Part shown: positions 1 through 8,024 of the stretch, one piece after another | Position numbering within the stretch: position 1 is the stretch's first letter | Layout of the letters: each line of letters begins with the position of its first letter | Virus record (IMG/VR): IMGVR_UViG_3300046011_004185 | Location: 1 to 55,793 of that record | Source of the DNA: a virus | Taxonomy: Duplodnaviria > Caudoviricetes | Direction: 5' to 3' (one strand) | Length of the DNA stretch: 55,793 nucleotides | Made by a program: the position numbers and the translations under genes | Notes under the pieces: generated by a model | What the model saw: only the letters and a program-made list of their open reading frames with translations | The model's database searches: none | Told to the model about the DNA's origin: nothing

Positions 1-201
1 AGGGTATGGTCCCCATTTCTGGCAAAACTTTAATAACGCTTTAAGATCAGACATTTTGTGCCAGTACTCTTGTTCTGCGTGTAGATCCAATTCGTGCAAA
101 CAGAGATAGCAAAGGTCCGCAATCTTTGTGTGCTCGCTGAACTCAAAGTAAGTCAGATGCTGAACCTTGGCAAAGTCTTTAAGTGCCTGGTCGTAGGTCA
201 T
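1..201 (-). CDS. 5' part of a 96-aa hypothetical protein that spans the circular junction (continues at 55575-55793)
   Basis: ATG at 201 preceded by AGGAG; reads MTYDQALKDFAKVQHLTYFEFSEHTKIADLCYLCLHELDLHAEQ, in frame with ORF 55575..55763. Confidence 0.8.
   Translation of the reverse strand, partial: MTYDQALKDFAKVQHLTYFEFSEHTKIADLCYLCLHELDLHAEQEYWHKMSDLKALLKFCQKWGPYP
4..129. repeat. Terminal overlap copy 1 (126 bp, identical to 55668-55793); circularisation overlap
   Basis: gtatggtccccat...aatctttgt is identical at both ends; the first 3 nt (agg) differ from 55665-55667 (tgc). Confidence 0.95.
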
Positions 202-211
202 GATCTACTCC

Positions 212-505
212 TTAGCGTGAGGTTGTTTTGACAGAGAAGACTGCTGCGGTCTTGGTGTACTTGGCCACAACTTCCTGAGCCACACCGAGATCAGCTAAGA
301 GCTTTTTGTAATCAACAGTCTTGCGATCAGCTTCGATGACGGTGGCTTTGAACAGATTGCCAACAAACTCTTTGGAGCCGCCAGGAGCGGTAGCTGCATC
401 TTTAAGATCGTCTTTGATTAAGTCAGCCTCTTTAGTCAGGCGATCAATCTCAGCAAGCAGGAGACCTAAGCGGTCGATGTTGGTGGTGATGATGTCGTTA
501 TTCAT
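212..505 (-). CDS. Hypothetical phage protein (97 aa)
   Basis: Purine-rich RBS (AGGAAAG), downstream of a predicted promoter; helical N-terminus. Confidence 0.75.
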   Translation of the reverse strand: MNNDIITTNIDRLGLLLAEIDRLTKEADLIKDDLKDAATAPGGSKEFVGNLFKATVIEADRKTVDYKKLLADLGVAQEVVAKYTKTAAVFSVKTTSR

Positions 506-553
506 TTGGCTTTCCTTTTCTTTCCTAACCGGACCAATGTGTCCGTGGATGTA

Positions 554-582
554 AATGTAAGGCCATCTTAGATTTGTGTAAA
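554..582 (-). promoter_or_regulatory. Putative sigma70 promoter
   Basis: TTTACA-17 nt-TACATT on the minus strand, in the intergenic gap upstream of 505. Confidence 0.6.
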
Positions 583-598
583 CAATATCCCCTAGGTT

Positions 599-916
599 TT
601 AGTCGGGTATTACCTTGAGCCTCCCAGACTCAAAGAGCCAGCCAATCGTTTTGCGGTGCGCCATTTCCCAAAGGTCTTGGCGGTCTTCCTTGCTCATCTT
701 GGAGCCTTGGTCCAGCTCCATATGGCAGGAGTAGCACAGGGCCGCTATCCGGTAGTCGTGGGCCTTTATGGCCGTTCCCTTGCCGTCCCGCTGCTGGTTG
801 GAGTGGGCTGCCACCACCGTCCCGTCCTGGGCCCCACAGAGCTGGCAGGGAGAGGATCGGACGACTTCCAGGAGGGGCTTGCTGCGGTAGTTCACCGGCG
901 GGCGTCCTTCTGCCAC
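599..916 (-). CDS. DUF1364/YbcO-like Zn-binding His-Me nuclease-family protein
   Basis: CQLC...VVAAHSN...GKG..IKAHD...ALCYSCHMELD pattern. Confidence 0.7.
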   Translation of the reverse strand: MAEGRPPVNYRSKPLLEVVRSSPCQLCGAQDGTVVAAHSNQQRDGKGTAIKAHDYRIAALCYSCHMELDQGSKMSKEDRQDLWEMAHRKTIGWLFESGRLKVIPD

Positions 917-1101
917 TGGCGCTTATTCTGCTCGCCCACCCAGAGTCCCGCGCAGGTTAGCTCGAGCTCCTCTGAGGGCGGGTTGGTTTTTAAGGCAGTC
1001 TTCACCCCGTCCTTGTATCCAGCCTGGTACTGACTGTTCATGCGGCTCTCTGCCAAGAGACTGATGGCGATAATTAAAAGGATCAGCAGGATGTATTTCA
1101 T
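892..1101 (-). CDS. Small hypothetical protein with an N-terminal TM or signal segment
   Basis: MKYILLILLIIAISLLA; overlaps its neighbours in an operon. Confidence 0.65.
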   Translation of the reverse strand: MKYILLILLIIAISLLAESRMNSQYQAGYKDGVKTALKTNPPSEELELTCAGLWVGEQNKRQWQKDARR

Positions 1102-1295
1102 TCGATGTCCCTCAGCTTATAAAAAGAGTTGCCGTCTGCCTCACGGATTGAATCAATTTTGTACCCCTCACCGCGCAGCCGGTGGATGATGGACGACAGG
1201 CGATCGATGTTCATCCTTGTTGCCTGCTCATAAGTAATCTTTCCGGTCTTGATTAAACGCAGTAAGACCCGCTGCTTCTGAGTTCGCTTGCTCAT
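1098..1295 (-). CDS. Small winged helix-turn-helix protein
   Basis: TQKQRVL..L...GKIT...A....I.RLSSIIHRLR.EGYKI pattern of small phage HTH proteins. Confidence 0.7.
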   Translation of the reverse strand: MSKRTQKQRVLLRLIKTGKITYEQATRMNIDRLSSIIHRLRGEGYKIDSIREADGNSFYKLRDIE

Positions 1296-1627
1296 ACCGG
1301 ATTCCTCGAGTTTCGGTTAGCGCATGGCCATACCTGTCTCAACGCATCTCGAGCTAAGACCTCAGCGTTTCGGTGGCGCTGCCCAGGATTGATAGTTAAG
1401 TACTGCAACACGATGTCCTGGACCTGGCCGGCTGTAATTACATTTTCTACCTTCGGGCAGATGGTGATATGCACATTGACATCGTAGATACCAACGACAT
1501 ACCCAAGGGCATACATCTTGTCGCCCACATTGGTACTGGTTAGCTTTTGATAAAGATCGTTGCCGGTCAAAAACTCAGCGCTCGCAACCGTAGGAACAAA
1601 CGCTAAAACCGCTAGCCACTTTTTCAT
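1292..1627 (-). CDS. Rap1a/Tai-family immunity-like exported protein
   Basis: Signal peptide (MKKW...ASA), then TGNDL...GYVVGIYD...ICP...T.GQ...IV.QYL..NP..RH..A..L...AL...WPC. Confidence 0.7.
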   Translation of the reverse strand: MKKWLAVLAFVPTVASAEFLTGNDLYQKLTSTNVGDKMYALGYVVGIYDVNVHITICPKVENVITAGQVQDIVLQYLTINPGQRHRNAEVLARDALRQVWPCANRNSRNPV

Positions 1628-1818
1628 GTCGCTTCCTTTTTGGCCAAAGTTTCCACAACCGAAATGTGCATCTTGATCTGCGAGGCAATACTTGCAATCG
1701 CTTGATAGTCTGGCTTATAAGTTTGTCTGGTAAGCCGGTTCAAATCGGTGAAGAGCTGATTCATCGCTACCAGGTGGCCACTCAAATCAGCGGCGTCATT
1801 TACTTTTATCTTTTTCAT
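1624..1818 (-). CDS. Hypothetical protein
   Basis: Start moved to the ATG at 1818, which follows a GAGGT RBS; tightly packed operon. Confidence 0.6.
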   Translation of the reverse strand: MKKIKVNDAADLSGHLVAMNQLFTDLNRLTRQTYKPDYQAIASIASQIKMHISVVETLAKKEAT

Positions 1819-1820
1819 GA

Positions 1821-2024
1821 TTACCTCACTCTCACTTGACATGTGTACGCTTGGGTGCTGTCTCGGAAAGCTGCCATAACCTTGCAGTCATCGGTAATGC
1901 TTTTTTCTTGCCACTCCATACCCAAGATAAAAGCAATGACAGAAATTAAGATCCAGCCAAAGGATTCTTTCCAGCGGCCCACTAACCACTCCCATATCTT
2001 TTTAAAATCAAGCAAGTCCTTCAT
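1821..2024 (-). CDS. Hypothetical membrane protein
   Basis: GAGGAG RBS; one hydrophobic segment (FGWILISVIAFILG). Confidence 0.65.
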   Translation of the reverse strand: MKDLLDFKKIWEWLVGRWKESFGWILISVIAFILGMEWQEKSITDDCKVMAAFRDSTQAYTCQVRVR

Positions 2025-2034
2025 CGTTCTCTCC

Positions 2035-2268
2035 TCAAAATAAATTGGGTTGTTCCCACTTCGGCATCAATTCTTCTGGTTTCGGAGGGCGAATCTTTCT
2101 AATTTTTTCGATCATCACATGCACTCTTCTTGGGAATGGCCACTTCTCCGTTTTTGGAATGCTTAATAAAAACCGCTCCCCATCATCGAAGACATCTAAC
2201 ACTTGGCCCTTTTCCCCTGTCTCACAGACTAAAACCCAGTCATCGACCTTGATGACCGGCTGCGTCAT
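2035..2268 (-). CDS. Hypothetical protein, possible SH3/KOW-like fold
   Basis: IKVDDWVLV..TGEKGQVL pattern; overlapping start and stop with its neighbour. Confidence 0.55.
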   Translation of the reverse strand: MTQPVIKVDDWVLVCETGEKGQVLDVFDDGERFLLSIPKTEKWPFPRRVHVMIEKIRKIRPPKPEELMPKWEQPNLF

Positions 2269-2597
2269 AGCGTTACCTTTCCCTCAAGCCTGAGGTTGGC
2301 CTGCTCACTTCTCCAGATATCAACACGGGCCTGCGCTGCAATTAAGTCCCACCGCAGCTTCTCCTCGACCTCCACTGCAGCTCGTAGCCCCTGAAGAAGT
2401 TGGCGATACTCATCGTGGGCATAAGCCTCACGCTCTTGCGCCCCGATCGATTCCTCGCAGCTCCTCTTCATCAGCAGGGACTTCAGTGATTTTCTGTACT
2501 CCTCAAGATAGATTCGCTCAGCTTTTGCTTTGGCGAACTTCTGAGCGTTAGCGATGATGTAATCGACTGCCTTGTGTGGATCGCGGTCCTGGCTCAT
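2265..2597 (-). CDS. Conserved helical phage protein (possibly recombination-mediator-like)
   Basis: Start at MSQDRDP after GGAG; coiled-coil AKAERIYLEEYRKS...AQEREAYA...WRSEQAN. Confidence 0.65.
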   Translation of the reverse strand: MSQDRDPHKAVDYIIANAQKFAKAKAERIYLEEYRKSLKSLLMKRSCEESIGAQEREAYAHDEYRQLLQGLRAAVEVEEKLRWDLIAAQARVDIWRSEQANLRLEGKVTL

Positions 2598-2800
2598 TCT
2601 CCTGCCTCCCTTACGGTAATAGTCACTTTCACAACATCCCCTTTGCTTTTCCAAAACGGATCGTTGTCTAACCAGGCCTGGGCAAACTTACGGGTGCGAA
2701 AGGTCATCGTTCTTTCAGCCTCCCAGTACTTCATATCAAACGGAATGCAAACAAACTTTCCTCGTTTAAGTTTTATTGCCCAACATGTAGTCTTTTTCAC
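2594..2800 (-). CDS. Hypothetical protein
   Basis: Overlapping stop and start codons with both neighbours. Confidence 0.6.
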   Translation of the reverse strand: MKKTTCWAIKLKRGKFVCIPFDMKYWEAERTMTFRTRKFAQAWLDNDPFWKSKGDVVKVTITVREAGE

Positions 2801-3144
2801 TCTTGTTCCTCAATTTTTATTTTCAACATTCCTGCGATGTCTTCTGCCCAATAAATCCGAAGGTCAACGATCAGCGAGTCATCGATGTAAAGACCGGCGT
2901 GACCCATCGAGTCCAAGACTGCCTTCAATAGGTTGTCCAGGTCTCTGCGCCGATTGTCTGGGCGCCAAGCCTCAATCGTTACCTTTAGCTTTCCGGTCGT
3001 TGTCTTGCCCCTACTCTGTAAAAAGACTTGCTCTGCGACTGCTGTCCGATACTTTCGGCCGGCCTCGCTGATGATCATTCGGTTATTGACCATGCGCCAA
3101 TAGGTATTGACTGACGGCGGCCAGGGTAAAGTAAGTTCAATCAT
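2797..3144 (-). CDS. rusA: RusA-family Holliday junction resolvase
   Basis: LPWPPSVNTYWR...PDNRRRDLDNLLKAVLDSM...DDSLI; start trimmed to MIELTL. Confidence 0.92.
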   Translation of the reverse strand: MIELTLPWPPSVNTYWRMVNNRMIISEAGRKYRTAVAEQVFLQSRGKTTTGKLKVTIEAWRPDNRRRDLDNLLKAVLDSMGHAGLYIDDSLIVDLRIYWAEDIAGMLKIKIEEQE

Positions 3145-3380
3145 TTCCAGCCCTCGCCTTTGTTGCCTTTTTTCCATTGGTCGATAACATCGGATTCCAA
3201 AATAGAGCCGGGATGTTTTTCGTTCCAACCCTGTAACCACTTGTGGGCATGGTCTCGGTCTTTAATACGCATTCGGATAACCCAACGGACAAGGTGCTGG
3301 TGTCGGCTTTCATCGTCACCTTTACCTTCTTGCCAGTTTTTGTATTTTTCATAAATGTCAAAATGTCCCATGCTCATCAA
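3141..3380 (-). CDS. Hypothetical protein
   Basis: Fills the gap between the helicase and RusA with overlapping ends. Confidence 0.6.
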   Translation of the reverse strand: MMSMGHFDIYEKYKNWQEGKGDDESRHQHLVRWVIRMRIKDRDHAHKWLQGWNEKHPGSILESDVIDQWKKGNKGEGWK

Positions 3381-4308
3381 AGCTCATAGCCACCGCATCG
3401 TGTGTTTCCACAAACTGCTGTGAGTCCCGGTGAAACCACAATGAGTACCATTCCTCAACCTCTCCGTTTCGTTGCTTTTCACACATCAGCATTGCATCTG
3501 CCGTCATTGGATCGATCGCGGCCCCGACCGAGGCTTGATGCTCTTTCTTTTTGTTTCGCCAAACCAAGAAGACATTGTCAACCTGATCAGCGATCGCGCC
3601 CGTGCCCTTAACATCGTGCTTATTTGGTGTTGATTCTTCATTGGCTAATTTTCTGATGTGATGCACAAGGTGTACATGGATGTTGTGATCTCTCGCTAAG
3701 GCGCACAACTCATCGATGAACCACTTCTGCCCGTTGTAGTCGTCCTCGCCCTGAACGCACTTCATGAGCGAGTCGATAAAGATGTGGGTGACCCCGAGCT
3801 CCACCGCGCAGTACCTGGCCACGGCAATAACCTGCGCTGCCTGGGTGGTCCCTTGTTGGTCGTAAAACCAAAGGTGCTGGTTTGAAAAGGTTTTAAGCCT
3901 TCCGACCAAGCCTTGGATGTAGCTGCCCTTGTCCATGAACCTAGGCTTGTGAATGTTCTCGCCCGAGAACTGCCTAAGCATCCGCTCAAGTGACCGCTTT
4001 GGTTTCATCTCAAACGATGCAATGCAAACCTTTTGCTTCTGCTTAATTAAACCCAAAGCGATCTGCCCAGTGATCAGAGACTTACCCCCGCCGTTTGAGC
4101 CTGCATAGATCGTCACCTCGCCAGGCCGGTAGGCAAAGTCCTCGTGGGTCTTAGCCCAGGGCAGGAGGATTGGCGGCTCGCGGTTGGGGTTGACCGTGTC
4201 GGCCACGATCTCATCTAAGTACATCCCGGCCTCACGGACCTTTTGGCTGGCCTCGGTCGCCTTTAGGTAGGCACCAAAGTCGATGTCGTCATCCTTTAGC
4301 AGGTGCAT
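3358..4308 (-). CDS. SF4 (DnaB/T7 gp4-like) replicative helicase
   Basis: Walker A AGSNGGGKS, SFEM, Walker B IFIDSL, HLVHH, DVKGTGAIADQVDNV, EKQRNG. Confidence 0.9.
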   Translation of the reverse strand: MHLLKDDDIDFGAYLKATEASQKVREAGMYLDEIVADTVNPNREPPILLPWAKTHEDFAYRPGEVTIYAGSNGGGKSLITGQIALGLIKQKQKVCIASFEMKPKRSLERMLRQFSGENIHKPRFMDKGSYIQGLVGRLKTFSNQHLWFYDQQGTTQAAQVIAVARYCAVELGVTHIFIDSLMKCVQGEDDYNGQKWFIDELCALARDHNIHVHLVHHIRKLANEESTPNKHDVKGTGAIADQVDNVFLVWRNKKKEHQASVGAAIDPMTADAMLMCEKQRNGEVEEWYSLWFHRDSQQFVETHDAVAMSFDEHGTF

Positions 4309-4636
4309 AGTCCTCTCCCTTATCCCAGATCAGCTCACCGTTATGGAGGGTGAAGACATCCTTCGCCCCGGCCTTTAAGCAGGCAACATGCATCCCATAA
4401 ATCCTGGCGGGTGTATCGTCCCCGTCTACATGCACCTGAAGGTTTTTCAGAAACCTCAGGTCGAGATGTTTTGGGTCATCCTTGCTCTCGATGACGACTT
4501 CTGGGTGGCCGTATAGGTCTGAAAAATTCTGCCAATTGGCGGCCCAAAAATCTCTGCCCATACCTACCCATACCCAGACCGCTTTGGGGGCCTTACGAGC
4601 CATTCTGATGCGAACTAGAGGCATATGGCCGATCAC
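4289..4636 (-). CDS. Hypothetical replication-module protein
   Basis: Between the initiator and helicase, overlapping both. Confidence 0.65.
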   Translation of the reverse strand: MIGHMPLVRIRMARKAPKAVWVWVGMGRDFWAANWQNFSDLYGHPEVVIESKDDPKHLDLRFLKNLQVHVDGDDTPARIYGMHVACLKAGAKDVFTLHNGELIWDKGEDYAPAKG

Positions 4637-5283
4637 TTTGCCCTCCGCAAAACAACCTGAGGCACTTCATCCTCCCACCTGCGCTGGTTGAGGTAGGTCT
4701 GCGGGGACGGCTCAAACCCCTCCCGCCACTGCTCCGTTTCCCGCATAGTCCGTACATGTTCGATGATCCGGTCAGCGATCAAATCCAGCCCATGCCGCAC
4801 CCATTTTTTCTCGCAGTCGGCCTTGGCCACCTTGCGCTTGCTTGTCGGCCAGGTTGACCAAAAGTCCCCAAACCGAGTCGGCTCTGCCGACGGTGTGGTT
4901 TTTAATTCTTTTCTGATATCTGACTTCTGATTAGGGATATGGTTCGGTTTCGATTTGCTATCCGATTCGGTTTTCTTTGGCCTCCCGCCTTTGGCCGCTG
5001 ACTGCCTATTCATGCTCACCTGATGCTGATACTTGGCTATTTCCTTATCGCAACGGGCGTTCCGATACCCCTCTTCGGTCCTCTCAAAGAACTCATCGAG
5101 CACCACAACGACGATGTCCTCATCAAGCCTGACCTTGCGGGAAACCAATTTGGTATCAAGCGGGATGGGACTCTCCGACATCATATAAAGGTCGATCAGT
5201 CGCCGATACGCCAAGTCCTCGGCATCGGCCAAGTGATGGGTGTCCCGAATATAGTCACCAAGGAAAAATTTGTACCAAATCAT
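4633..5283 (-). CDS. YdaU/DUF1376-family replication initiator-like protein
   Basis: WYKFFLGDY..DT.HL...EDLAYRRLID.Y N-terminus; C-terminal F..FW..WP..KRK..K...W...P.P.TYLNQRRWEDE. Confidence 0.85.
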   Translation of the reverse strand: MIWYKFFLGDYIRDTHHLADAEDLAYRRLIDLYMMSESPIPLDTKLVSRKVRLDEDIVVVVLDEFFERTEEGYRNARCDKEIAKYQHQVSMNRQSAAKGGRPKKTESDSKSKPNHIPNQKSDIRKELKTTPSAEPTRFGDFWSTWPTSKRKVAKADCEKKWVRHGLDLIADRIIEHVRTMRETEQWREGFEPSPQTYLNQRRWEDEVPQVVLRRAK

Positions 5284-5489
5284 GCGACCTCCCCGAACAG
5301 ATCGGGCCGCAGCTCCTTACGGGTGACGGCCCCTTGGGTGAGTCTTTCGATCTCCACGGCAAGCTCCGGCGAGCATAGGTGGCGGCCAGAAATCAGCTGG
5401 CTCATCCAGGTGCGGGTGATGCCCAAATCCTTGGCCAGGGCGTCTTTTGCGCCCCGTTTCTTGTCTGCGAAGTATTCCTGCAGCGTCAT
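5280..5489 (-). CDS. Cro-like/YdaS-family HTH regulator
   Basis: LAKDLGITRTWMSQLISG...IERLTQGAVTRKELRPDLF; ATG at 5489 after GAGGAG. Confidence 0.85.
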   Translation of the reverse strand: MTLQEYFADKKRGAKDALAKDLGITRTWMSQLISGRHLCSPELAVEIERLTQGAVTRKELRPDLFGEVA

Positions 5490-5514
5490 AGGTCTCTCCT
5501 CAAAATGTAAAACC

Positions 5515-5565
5515 ATCATACATTATCAAAACGCAATTGCAAGTTGGTCTTAAATTTGATAATTT
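5515..5565. promoter_or_regulatory. Divergent overlapping sigma70-like promoters
   Basis: AT-rich gap at the strand switch; palindromic TTGCAA (5537-5542) can act as -35 in both directions: minus strand 16 nt to TATGAT, plus strand 15-17 nt to GATAAT/TAATTT. Confidence 0.5.
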
Positions 5566-5600
5566 AATGGAGTAGTAAATTTTAGGAAAGGTAGGAAAGC

Positions 5601-5762
5601 ATGGACGAAGCATGGGTTCACGAGTTGATGTTGGAAAGGATGCAAAGGTGCGAGGAGGCGATAGCCCGGGCGAGAGCTGGGGTGGCCACCGAGGAAGATT
5701 GGGAAATTATTCGCTACGAATGTGGCTTAGGAAAGGAAAAGAAAAATGCCGTTAACAGTTAA
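5601..5762 (+). CDS. Small hypothetical protein (53 aa, not in the ORF track)
   Basis: AGGAAAG-C-ATG; MDEAWVHELMLERMQRCEEAIARARAGVATEEDWEIIRYECGLGKEKKNAVNS. Confidence 0.65.
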   Translation: MDEAWVHELMLERMQRCEEAIARARAGVATEEDWEIIRYECGLGKEKKNAVNS

Positions 5763-6363
5763 AGATTCAAGCAATTTCATCGGCGTTCCTGCGGGGATGC
5801 ATCTTGCGAGGTGCTACCGGATTGTCGATAAGGGCACCCAAAAGGGCTTCCAAGATAAGTTACAGCCCACGGTCATGCTTCAGTTTGAAATTCATGGTGA
5901 AGATGAAAACGGTAAACCTTTGGTGACCACCGATGGCCGGCCGCTATCAATCTCAAAGAGCTACAACTGCACCTTAGCTGAGAAATCAAACCTTAGGAAA
6001 GACCTGCAGATGTGGCGAGGAAAAGAGTTCACCTCAGCCGAACTCAGAGGGTTTGAGCTCAAAAATGTCTTGGGTCACTGGGCCATGCTGACGATCACCC
6101 GTAAAGAGGCAAACGGCAAGACCTACTCGAGGATTGAGGCCATCAGCCCAGTTCCAAGATCGGTCAAAGAAATGGGTCTCCCGCAGGGTGTCAATCCAAC
6201 GCAGGTTTTTGATATCGAAAATCCTGACATGGAAATGTTTGATACTTTTTCCGAGAAACTTAAGTCGGACATTATGTCCGCTCCGGAGTGGTCGGGAAGC
6301 AAAGAATCAAAATCGGCGCCTAGCTTTGATGCTACTGGTCTTGACGACTCAATTCCCTTTTAG
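5746..6363 (+). CDS. Putative single-stranded DNA-binding or annealing protein
   Basis: Beta-rich core with an acidic-aromatic C-terminus (LDDSIPF) typical of SSBs; upstream of an exonuclease. Confidence 0.65.
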   Translation: MPLTVKDSSNFIGVPAGMHLARCYRIVDKGTQKGFQDKLQPTVMLQFEIHGEDENGKPLVTTDGRPLSISKSYNCTLAEKSNLRKDLQMWRGKEFTSAELRGFELKNVLGHWAMLTITRKEANGKTYSRIEAISPVPRSVKEMGLPQGVNPTQVFDIENPDMEMFDTFSEKLKSDIMSAPEWSGSKESKSAPSFDATGLDDSIPF

Positions 6364-6371
6364 GACTAGAC

Positions 6372-6617
6372 ATGAGCGAAGAACCCACATTGGTTGAGGT
6401 CTGCGGACTTAACTTTCAGCTGGATGGAAAGTCTTTTTTATTTTCCCCATCCGATGATGTCACCGCAAAAGAGGTGTGCTTGATACTTCAGATGATCCTT
6501 AATGTGTTAACGCACAGAGGCAATGTAAGGATTGATTTGGAGTCTTTCATCAAGCAGCACAATTTGATGAAACACTTTACGGAGATTGTGCAAGAACAAA
6601 AACCTGAGGAGAAGTAA
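6372..6617 (+). CDS. Hypothetical protein
   Basis: AGGA RBS; operon packing. Confidence 0.6.
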   Translation: MSEEPTLVEVCGLNFQLDGKSFLFSPSDDVTAKEVCLILQMILNVLTHRGNVRIDLESFIKQHNLMKHFTEIVQEQKPEEK

Positions 6618-6887
6618 ATGAAAAAAACTATAGTTGTGGCGCTGACCGCCGGCTTACTTGCCGGTTGTGTCAGTAGACCAGTGACCCAAGCTGAGCCACC
6701 CCGGTACGCCCAGCAAAGCCTGGTTCTTGACCGAGACATCCACCCCATGGATCGACAGGAAGTAATCCAGGCGATTAAAGAGTGTGAGAGTCAAAAACTC
6801 CGCGCCGTCATGGTGTATGCCAAACGCCGGATCAATCAGCAGCCAGCCATTACGGTGGTCGATGTCACCTGCTCCCCAAACTGGTGA
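6618..6887 (+). CDS. Putative lipoprotein
   Basis: MKK plus a hydrophobic core and lipobox LAGC. Confidence 0.7.
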   Translation: MKKTIVVALTAGLLAGCVSRPVTQAEPPRYAQQSLVLDRDIHPMDRQEVIQAIKECESQKLRAVMVYAKRRINQQPAITVVDVTCSPNW

Positions 6888-7675
6888 AGCCTATGACGAC
6901 ACTTAAAGTTTCATCATTCACATCTGAGGCTGGGCATTGGTACACCCGGGAGGGTGCGCCGATGTATCAGATTGAAGGGGCCAACGGAAAGATCCGTAAC
7001 ACCACGCTACGGGATGCCCGAAAGCATGACCTTGTTCCGTCGGTCACCACGATTCTTAATGTGGCGGCTAAGCCTGGCCTTGAGAACTGGAAGCTGCAGC
7101 AGGTCTTATTGGCCGCCCTGACCCTACCAAAACGAGATCAAGAATCTGAAACTGAATACATTGATCGGATCATTACAGACTCCAAAGAGCAGGGCAGGGC
7201 CGCTGCTGACGCTGGAACCGACATTCATGCATCCATTGAGAACTACTTTGATCGGAAGGTCATTGTCGGCCACGAGGAGCATGTCCGGGGTGTAGAGAAA
7301 GCCATAAAAGAAGCCTTTGGAGAACATAAGTGGGTCTGCGAATCTTCTTTTGCTCACACCTCAGGCTTTGGCGGTAAGTGCGACATGCACACCCGAAGCT
7401 CGGAGGATCAACTGTCTGGGATTATTTTGGACATCAAAACCAAGGAGTTTACCGATCCAGACAAGGTTGAGGGGTACGACGATCACCTTATGCAGCTGGC
7501 CGCCTACCGGTTTGGTTTAGGCATCTACAAGGCACGGTGCGCCAATGTGTTTGTCTCCCGTAGCGTCCCTGGGCTTGTCAAGATCATTGAGTGGTCGGAC
7601 GAAGACCTTCACCGGGGTTGGAAGATGTTCGACAGCCTCTTACAGTTTTGGCAATTTAAAAATGACCACCGATAG
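6884..7675 (+). CDS. PD-(D/E)XK exonuclease (phage recombination type)
   Basis: PSVTTIL, GTDIH, GGKCD, ILDIKT and QLAAY motifs. Confidence 0.85.
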   Translation: MKPMTTLKVSSFTSEAGHWYTREGAPMYQIEGANGKIRNTTLRDARKHDLVPSVTTILNVAAKPGLENWKLQQVLLAALTLPKRDQESETEYIDRIITDSKEQGRAAADAGTDIHASIENYFDRKVIVGHEEHVRGVEKAIKEAFGEHKWVCESSFAHTSGFGGKCDMHTRSSEDQLSGIILDIKTKEFTDPDKVEGYDDHLMQLAAYRFGLGIYKARCANVFVSRSVPGLVKIIEWSDEDLHRGWKMFDSLLQFWQFKNDHR

Positions 7676-8024
7676 GGAGAAGGCCATGCAGATCGCAATA
7701 GACTTTAATGCGGCCTATCCTCCGCATCAGAGGCACTCGGACACGAGCCGGGCTTCGGCGGCATTAACAGCGCCAAAATTTAACGCCAGGACACTAGACC
7801 TCTTAAAAGAGTTTAGGAACCAACCCCAAGGCATGACCGATGAGTTTGGGCAGGGTCATTTAAAAATTGAAGGCAACTTCTACAGACCCATGCGGGTGAC
7901 GCTTTATAAGCACGGGTATGTAGAGGACTCAGGAGACCGCCAGAAACTTAAAAGCGGCCGATTCGGGGCGGTTTGGAGGATTACAGGGTTTGGCCTAGAT
8001 AAGCTGCGGGAGGAGGGTCTATGA
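7662..8024 (+). CDS. Hypothetical protein, possible winged helix
   Basis: Start trimmed to MTTDREK; H..TS.A.A and GMTDE...R..L...G.VEDSG.R...SGR..AVW pattern. Confidence 0.55.
   Translation: MTTDREKAMQIAIDFNAAYPPHQRHSDTSRASAALTAPKFNARTLDLLKEFRNQPQGMTDEFGQGHLKIEGNFYRPMRVTLYKHGYVEDSGDRQKLKSGRFGAVWRITGFGLDKLREEGL

Noticed and set aside
6884-7675. Cas4 or a CRISPR system
   Set aside because: It is a PD-(D/E)XK nuclease without the four-Cys cluster pattern, and I saw no repeat-spacer array or other cas gene
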